Positions 47,101 to 56,100 of a DNA stretch of 64,000 nucleotides are shown piece after piece; position 1 is the first letter of the stretch, and every line of letters begins with the position of its first letter. The position numbers were made by a program, and so were the translations under genes. Below the pieces are notes generated by a model. The model was not told the DNA's origin. It ran no database searches and saw only the letters and a list, made by a program, of their open reading frames with translations. The DNA comes from a virus (lineage: Duplodnaviria > Caudoviricetes). The stretch covers positions 32,001 to 96,000 of the IMG/VR virus record IMGVR_UViG_3300014205_000185; one strand, given 5' to 3'.

Positions 47101-50100
47101 GATCCCTCTCCCTCAGGGAGGTCCTTGAACTGGTCGATACTGTGTGGACGGGCGATGCCACGCCACGTGCGGACAGAGACCGGCAGCGGTGACTCGTCCA
47201 TTACCTCGTCGATGAGCTTGGTGGCCTCTGTATCTCCAGCCTCACGAACCTTCCAGGGGGACGTGTCGCCGTCTTCGATGTTGTAGCCGTGCAACGCCTT
47301 CTCGGCCTTGGCGAGCTTCTCTGTCGACCATCCCTTTGGCGGAGCCTCGAACTCGGTGGTCATCTCCATGTCCCAGATGGAGTCGGTCGGGCCTCTCTTG
47401 TCGCGGGTAATAGTCCGGACAGTTGGCACTGCCAATGCGTCGTCACCCTCGACGAATCCGGTTGAGGTCGCGGCAGGCGTGACCTTCCTCAGCTCGGCTG
47501 TGGCCGTAGCGTTCTCCACATTGGACTTCGCTACGCCTGCCTCAACGACCTCTGGAGTGACCTCTTCTGTCGGCTTCTTGCTGCCATTGAGTTCGTCGGC
47601 GATGTCACGCAGGCGCTTGGCGTCGGACCTGCCCATGGCCTGGCGCATGCTGCCCCTGGTCGTGGCGTGCGTGTCGAGGACGTCTCGGTTGATGACGTCC
47701 CGCCTCTCCAGCGTGTCGGCCTGGGAGCGTAGGTCCCGAGCCACAACGGCCGGGTCTTCGCCGTTGGTGATTCGACGCATGGCCTCGTCACTGGAGCCCA
47801 GGCCCTGGACCGTCTGGATCTTGCCGTCGCGGGCCTCCAGGCGGTCCAGCATCTCGGTGTAGTTGTTGCGCCGCTCCACGCCAGCCCTATCAGGACGCGG
47901 GATAGCCGTCTTCTTGGGTGCGATCTTTCTGGCTGGCGCCGCCTTGGTTACGCGCGTGGGGCTCGGGGTCGCCTGCACGGTCGGTGGTTCACGCAGCGAA
48001 GCACCTGGGTTCGGGCGTGGCACCGGAGCAGTACGGGCGCCCTCGGGTACCTCGGAGACAATGGCTCCTCGGTTGAGGATCACGTACTGTTCGTTGGCCC
48101 CATTCACCGGATCGGTGCCGAAACCCTGAGTGCCCTGCGGGACGAAGATCGCGTCATAGCCGCGAGCCATGGCGTACCGGCCCGGGTCAGCGAAGGCGAC
48201 CTTCTCCGGACTGTCGTCTTCCAGCGAGAACAGGTATCGGTTGTGCTCGCGGACCAGGTCATCCCATTCGATGATCTTCGCGTCCCTGCGCATGCCGAAT
48301 CGACCCAGCGAGCCCGGGGTCTTGTCGGCATAGCCGTTGGCATGACCAAACCGGCGGGTCATATAGGTGCCGTTGCCGAAGATGCCTTCGCCCATCCGGT
48401 ACGGGCCATCCCGGAACTCTTCGTGCACCTCTGCGGCCGGCTTGCCGTATTCGCCACCCTTGGCACCACGGAACAGTCGGAAGTCGACCTCCTTGGTGCG
48501 CAGCATCCGAGTGAACTCCTCCGGTGTGACCAAAGTGGTCGGCCGGTCGAAGCCCTGCTCGGCGGCGAGAGCCTCGCCGATCGCATCGCCGCCCGTCAGC
48601 GGCCCTTCAAGCTCACCGCTATCGCTACCCCAGCCGCGTGGCGGCTTGGCGCCTGAAGCCTTGGCTCGCTCGATCGCCCTGGCAGCCACGCCTGGCTCGG
48701 CGATCAGGTCGCGGGCAACTGTTGGCCTGGTCTCCAGCTCCGCTCGACGAGCCACGTCGATGTCCTCGAAGTGAGCGACGATGGCCCTCTTGATATCCGG
48801 CGTCTTGGCATTGCTCTGGCCGTCGACTCCAAGGTCCTTGGCCAAGGTGCGCCACGTAGCGACCGGAATCGGTTGTCCATAACGCTCTCGCCCGCGGTAC
48901 GGAGTCAGGCGCCGCATCTGCGCGTCGTACACCTCCAGCATGCGGGCCCTGGCGGCAGGACTTGGGGCCTGACTCAGGTCCCGAGTAATGCCCTCAGGGT
49001 TAGGCGTCCCATCCTGCCTGATCGGCCGACTCGCCAGCTCGGCCTCTTTTTCCGCCTTACGTGCCGCCTTCCGCGCGGCGATGCGCTCATCGAGCGCCTT
49101 CCGGTCGGCTTCGATCTGCTCAGGAGTTCGGGTGTCAGGCGCCGCCTTTGGTGGCTTCTTCGGCACAGTGGGCAGACCCGTATCAGCTAGTCGCTGGGCC
49201 CGCAGATCTGCCGTCTCGTTGTAGTCATCCAGGATCGCGGTCCGGACGTCTTCAGGGCTGGACCGGTCTAGACGGTGCCCGCCAAGGAGGCCGCGAGCCA
49301 AGGTGCGCCACTGGTTGTTGTTCAGCTCGCCCAGGTCGTCGAGGACTGCGGCGCGCTCTTCCGGCGTCTTTGCTTCGATCAGCTGCTGACGAACCTTGAC
49401 AGCGTTGACCGGACCACGGAGGGCTGGCTTCTTGACCGCGGCCGGCACTGCCTTGGCGAGTTCAGCAGTGGCCTGGTCAGTCTCCAAATTGGACTTGGCG
49501 ACGCCAGCCTTGGCGACCCTCGGAGTGACCTTTGCGACCGGCTTGCTTTCCGGCGCTCCCGATCCAAATATCTCAAGGCTGTGGACGATTTCGTCGCGGG
49601 TCCGCTCTCTATCTCCCCGCAGGCCAACCGGCAGCTTGATACCGGCTGCACGGGCAACAGCCCGTAGGTCGGCCTCGTTCAGATCCTTGAGAACTTCCGC
49701 CTTGGCGGCACGGCCATCGGCCACAGACGCGGCGTCTGCGATCTCTGTGATGCGAGCCCGACGAACCTCGGGTCCCTGCCGCTTCGGTGCCGGCATGGGT
49801 CCAGAGGAGCCGCGCCGTGGGCCCTTCGCTCCATGGCGCTTCGCGATGGTCGCGATGAGCGCGTTCTTGTTGCTGGGAACGTCGGACACGTCGACATCAA
49901 GCTCAGCGGCGACCTTCCTCAGCTCAGCGGAGGTGAGGTTCTGTCGGTCGAGTTCGCGAACGAGATAGGCCTCGTCGCTGCGGTAGCGCAGCGCGTCGGC
50001 AACCTGCGTCTCGTGATCCGCGGCCTTGGGCGCCGCCTTCTTGACGGCGATCTTCTTAGTAGGGGCCGACGCTCTGCCGCCGCGCGGTCGCAACTGCACC

Positions 50101-53100
50101 CCGGACTCGGTCAGAACCCGGTGCACCCACGCATACGACCGGCCGGTGGAGTTGGCCAATTCTTGGATGCTCTCGCCCGAGACGTATCGCTTGACCAGGT
50201 CCTTCGCCAACGTCGCGCGCTCGGGGCCGAGGATTCGTCGGCCCTTGTCGGTTGCGACGGCGGCAGTGGTCTTCTTGGCGGCGACTGTCTTCGTCGGCGT
50301 AGCGGCCTTCTTCGCTGGCACCGTCTTGCGTGCCGACGGAGCGAGCACCTCCGCGATCCGGTTCATCTTCTCGTCGTCGCCATCGCCACGTAGCAACGCG
50401 CGAGCCCGGGTCTTGCTGATCCGCTTCTTCTCGATACTGCCCTTCATGACGCCGACGTGGGCGCGCTGGAGCGGAGTCAGCTCATCCCAGGACGTGCCGG
50501 CCTGCTGGAGAATCGGCTCAAGCTCGGCGCGATTGTCTGCCTCCATTGCCTCAAGCTGACGAGCGCCGGCCGCCCTGCGCTCCTCATCCCTCTCAGCACG
50601 AGTCTTACCGGGGCCACGGATCTCGCGACGGATTGCAGCCTTGGTCTCCCGGTCGACTTCCGCCTGAGTCCGTGGGGCCGCCTTCTCTGGAGCTGCCATC
50701 TTGGCGGGCGCGGCCTTGCGTGGGCGGGTGCTGATCGCGTCGCGAATCTGCTTGCGCTGGGCCGGAGTCAGGTCCCCGTCGTCTCTCAGTAGGCCCTTCA
50801 TGGCCTGTCGGACGAAGTCTGGGTGACTGGCGTACAGGTCGTCGACCAGGTCCCGGGTCAGTGGCGTCCAGCCGACCTCCCGGATCTCGGTGCCGTCCTC
50901 GGGCCCCTTGAAGTCGACATTCGCTTCGTCGCCAACGAGGTGACGGTGGCTAGCGGTGGTCTCCATCCAGGCGTTGTCGGTGTTGCGCGGATCGTCGACA
51001 TATCCCTTGTAGACCTCCCGAGCCCTCGACATGTCGAGGTCGGCGCCGGTCTCTTCCTTGAACTCGCGACCCAGCGCCCGCGAGACGGTCTCTCCGTCGT
51101 CGACCATGCCACCGGGAAGTGCTCTCTGAGGCTTTCCATCGACCAGCTCGCCGCGAGTGATGGTGGCGATCTCCAGTTCGCCAGTCTCCGGGTTGATGCG
51201 CGTGACGATGTTGTCCGCGGCCGGATTCGCGCCCCACTTGCCAAGCAGACCGCGACCCTGGACGCCGGTCCGGGTGTACGGGTTGCGGGGGCGTCCCTTT
51301 GCATCGAGGGTGACTTCGCCCTCAAGGCTCGTGAATGGACGGTCGACGGCGGCCACGTCCGGCGGATCCGCCCAGCCGCCCTTCTTCTTCGTCCGGTCGT
51401 TGTCCAGGACCGTCTTCGCGGTGTAGTCAGGTGGGTTGTAGCCAGGGAACGGCGTAAACCAGTCGGCCTTGATGCCCGGCGTCCGTTGCCGCTTCGGGTA
51501 ACCCTCGGGCTGCTCAGTGCGGGACTTGACCGACCGAGCAACCCGCGCGTCGCGTTGCGCGGGAGTGAGCGCGCGAGCCTTCTTGGCGGGCGCGCTCTTC
51601 GCCTCCTGGTCAAAGGCTTCGATCTGGTCGGCTGCCTTGCGCAGGCTCGCCGCCGACTTGCGCATGCGCGCCTGCACGATGGGATCAGTCCGCCGCGAAG
51701 CGTCATCCTCCGTCCGGGCGGCTCGCTCACGCAGGAGGGCTGGATCCCGGTCCTGTTCAATGGCGTGCTTTACCGCAACGTCGCCCAAGACCGGTGTCGA
51801 GTGCTCGTACGCCAGCTGGTCAATGAACCGGTCGCGCGCCCGCTCCTGTGTGGACTTCCGGGGTGCAGCCTTCTTGGCAGGGGCGGCCTTAGCCGGAGCT
51901 GCGGCCTTAGCCTTGCGCCACGCCTCGACCTGAGTGAAGTTTGAGTCTGCGAAATCCTTAGCCTCGGCTGGCGTTAGTCCCTTCCTGTCGGCCAGGAGGT
52001 ACTTCTTCTTCCAGTGCTCCGACGCTCCCTCGGGCAGCCCCCGCTCGCGCAACGCCTTGACAATGCGGTCCTTGATCTGAGTCTGAGTGAGATGGCCACC
52101 CATGGCCTCGGGGATGCCGGCCTTACCAGCGACTTCACGCTGTCGGGCGCTAGGCAGTCCATGTAGGACGCGGCCGACGGCCAGAGTAAGCCCGATATCG
52201 CCAAGGTTGGCTGCATCGATATCCCGCAGCGCCTTACCAAGCTCATCATCGGTTGGTGGGACCCTGACGGGCCGTGGCGTCTCGGTGAACCGGCTTACCA
52301 GAGTTCGAGCTGAGGTGACATACGGAGCAGTCCCGCCACGAACGGTGGAACCCATGCTGTCCCGAAACGTCTGCGTGTCACCGCTGTCTGCGATTCGGCG
52401 CAGGTTGGCCAGAACCTTAGTGCGTTCGTCGTCGGGTAGCGCATCGAAATCGACCCGGGACATGGACTCGCGCTGACGAACGTACGCCCGACGGTCCGTC
52501 GGGCGAGCGATCTCGCGTGGGAGTTCAGGCTCTCGCTCCGGTGTAACGTCGCCGGCACCCCGGCCGCCGATGTTGCCCTTGGCGAGGAAGAACGCCTCAT
52601 CGTGCTGGAGTCCCCGGTCGCGCCGGTCCTCGTAGATGGCGCGCTCGCGAGGCGTCAGGGTGTCGACCTGGCGCCGTTGGGCCGGGGTCAGTGTCCAGCG
52701 AGGGGTACCAGCCCTTGGCGCTGGAGGCTCTCCCAGATCGATTTCGCGTCGAGCTGCTCCGGTGTCGCCAGCCACTGGCCGACGGGGTGCCGACTGAGCG
52801 CTCAGGGAGGCCGCGATCCGGTTCATCGGAGAATCGGTCGGCTCGTCAATACGACGGAGGCGACGAGCTGCCGCGTCCGGCGTGATGACCTCACGGCGGA
52901 CTTCGTCTCCGACCGCGGTCAGCGCAATGCGATCCATGTCGCCAAGGTCGGAGTTCTTGACCTGGGCGGACTTCAGCCAGCCGTCGGTGAGCTTCTTCGT
53001 GGCCCGCATCTCCAGACGGTCCCGGGCGGCAGCGACGCGCAGCTCTTGCGCGGACGGCAGGGCGGGAGCTGGAGCAGCTGCTCTCTTGGCTGCCTTCTTA

Positions 53101-56100
53101 GCCGGTACCTCAGGAGCAGCCTTCTTCGCAGGAGCTGCGGCCTTTTTAACCGCAGCCTTCTTGGCGGGAGGGGCCTCCGGTGCCTCGCGTGGGAATTTCC
53201 AGCTCGCCTGCCGTGCACCGGCTGGCCGGTAGTTGCGCTGGACGGTTCCCGCACGTGCTCCGGGGTTCTCCTCCATTTCCAGCAGGCCACGACGTACCAA
53301 CGTCCGAGCAGTCGCCGGCCGTGGGATATCGCGCTCGACGACCCATCCGCCACTGTCTTCCGGCTCGGTGCGCCGAGACTCGTTCGAGATCCTGGTAACC
53401 AGGTCCAAGGTCTCGCGCTGCTGCGGAGTAAGGCGTGGTTCTTCAGACGCGGCGGCCTTAGCCGCGACCTTCTTGGCTGGTGCCGCCTTCTTGACAGGTA
53501 CGGCCTTCGCTGCCGGGGCCGCAACCTTCTTGGCCGGTGCCGCCTTCTTGACGGCGACCTTCTTGGCTGGCGTCACCTTCGCGGCAGGGGCTGCCTTCTT
53601 AGCTGCCCTCTTCGCCTCGAATTGCCGCATGGTTTCGTTGTAGTCACGAATGTCGCTGACGATGCTGCTCTCCTGAGCAGTGCCCAGGTACTGCGGGTTC
53701 CCGTCCTCGAAATGCCAGCGGTTTCCGCGCGACTTTCCACCTGAGCCAGCGCGGACAATCTTGTTGAAGCGGGGACGGCCATAAGACGTGCCGAAGAAGT
53801 ACATGCCCGGCCGAATGTCCTCGGGACCGGTAGCGATCTTCGCAGGGTCGATCCTCTGTGCCCGCATGGCTCGGGCGATCTGCGCGTACTTAGGTCCGTA
53901 CTCACGCTCGTCATCCAGCCACTGCTGGCGCTCAACCTCTGCGGCTGTGGGCGCCTCAACGGCCGGCTCGGCTGCCTTCTTTGCTGGCGCCTTCTTAGCC
54001 GGTGCCGCCTTCTTGACAGCGACCTTCCTGGCGGGCGCAGCGCCAGTCGGGTTGGCGGGATTGAGCTTGATCCGCTTGTTGCGACGAGAGAGTTGCTCCG
54101 TCTGCTTCGGTAGCTCCCGGTCGCCCAGTGCCGATGGGTGGATGAACGACAGGTTCGGATCGGTGATGTCCACCCGTTCCTGGGTGTTCCCGTTATCCCA
54201 GGCGATAGTGACATCGCCGTTCTCGTCGCGCCGAATACGGCCACGGACGACATCACCGTCGGGGCCGGTCCAGACGGCGATGTCATTCGTCGTCGGCTGG
54301 TCGAGAGTCTTACGGTCGATAGCGCTGACCGGCTGCTCTTCGGACTCCAACGCCCGCTGTGCAGCGGGCGACGTCTCAGCCGCAGGCGCTGCCTTCTTGG
54401 CAGCCCTGGCCGGAGTGGTCTTCTTCGCGGGGGCCGGAGCCGCCTCCTCAGCGACCGCCTTTCGTGGCGCTACCTTCTTGGCCGGCGTCGCCTTGGCGGC
54501 CTTGGCTGCCTTCTTGGCAACCGGAACCTCGACGGGCTCAGCGATGGCTCTTGCGGCCTCGCGGGCGACACGAGCCTTCGCTGCCTTGGCCGCTCGTGTC
54601 TCTTGTAGACCTTCAGCGACCTTCTTCCAGGCTGCCTTCTCGGCCAGGCCCTTCTGGTCGACGCGATCGATGCTGTCGGCGTAGTCCTCGATCTCCTTGC
54701 CGAGCTTGACGCGGGACTCACCACGGTCGAGCCGGTTCTGATACTCGCGAGCGCGAGGAGAGTCCAGCGCTCCAGCATCGGTGCCAGCGAGTCGGCGGAT
54801 GCCCGGCTTCTCTGCATCGCCAGGGGCAGGCGGTGCCTCCGGCCCGGTACGCATGGCCTTGGCGGGCGCCTTCTTGGCGACCTTTCGAGCAGTAGCAGCG
54901 CGGCGCCGTGGCTCGGGAGCGCCGGCCCTGACTCGGACCGCCATCTCGTCGAGAAGGTCTGCATCGCTGTTCTGGACGGCGCGCATGCCGGCGTCGTTCA
55001 CGTCTACGCTGCTGTCGAGGCGGTCCTCAGTGGGATCGAGGAGATCGCCCTCGCGTAGCTCCTTGGCGTCCCGAGCCAGGCTGTCGGCAACGAAGTCAGG
55101 GAGCGCGCCATCGTTTAAGTCATAGGCTGCCGCTCGGATGACGTCGCGAGCCTTGTAGGTCTGAGCCCGAGCCTCATACTCGTCGACCTCGGCATCAGAG
55201 ATCGGCTTTGGCTCTGCCGCTGCCTTGGCGGCAGCCGCCTTCTGGGCCTTGGTGGCAGGGGCCTTCCTCGGGGCACGGGCCGCCTTCTTGGCAGAGGTCG
55301 CCCCTTCTTCTGCCTGAGGCTCTGGCTCCCGCTCCGGTGGAGGCGTGGCAATGCCAGCTCGGACCCGGTTGGCGCGCTCGTGGATCCGGCGCTCGTCGTC
55401 GTTGCGTGGATATGCGGCGCCGACTTGCTCTTGGAGTTGCTGGTCCCGGCGAACAACGGCAGCATCCCTCTCCGCCTCCTGGCGCTTGGCTTCAACCGTG
55501 GTGATTCGTGGTTGAGCCTCGCGCTGGCGACGGGCCTCGTTGCGCTGGCGCTGCTCCTCGACCTGCTCTCGGGTCTGAGTACTGGTGCCTGCGCGCTCCT
55601 TGCGGATCTGACGAGCCTGCTCCTTGATCCGACGCTCCCGCTCGTTGCGCGGGTAACCCTCCTCTTGGGACAGTTCGTAGTCCTCGGAGATGATGAGGTC
55701 GTCGCGGTCCTCCTGGGTTGGTTCGGAGCCGGCCGTCTTGATGCGACGGTCCTCGATCCGCTTCTGGTCGCGCTTGGCTTGAGCCTCGATCTGCTGCCGC
55801 GTCTTGGCCGGAGGCGCCGCCTTCTTTGCGGGAGCTGCCGGTTGCTCCTGTTGTTGTGCCGCCTCGTCTACGCGCTTCTGGTCGCGGAGCGCGTCCAGCT
55901 CCATGCGGAGCCTGTCGTTCTCCTCGCGGTAGTTGTCGTTGTCCTCTCTGAGTTGCTTGTCGAGGCGTGCCTGAAGGTCGTCGAGGCGCTTCTCCCTCTC
56001 CAGCTGGACGCGCTCGCGCTCAAGGCGCAGCTTCTCGGCCTCGCGCTGGGCAGCGTCAGGGGCCGCCGGTTCGGCAACCCTCCGCTGGGCGGTAGACCTG

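Noticed and set aside
53060-54920. DNA-level repeats such as GCCTTCTTGGC
   Set aside because: Explained by the encoded PAKK peptide repeats; not an independent DNA element.
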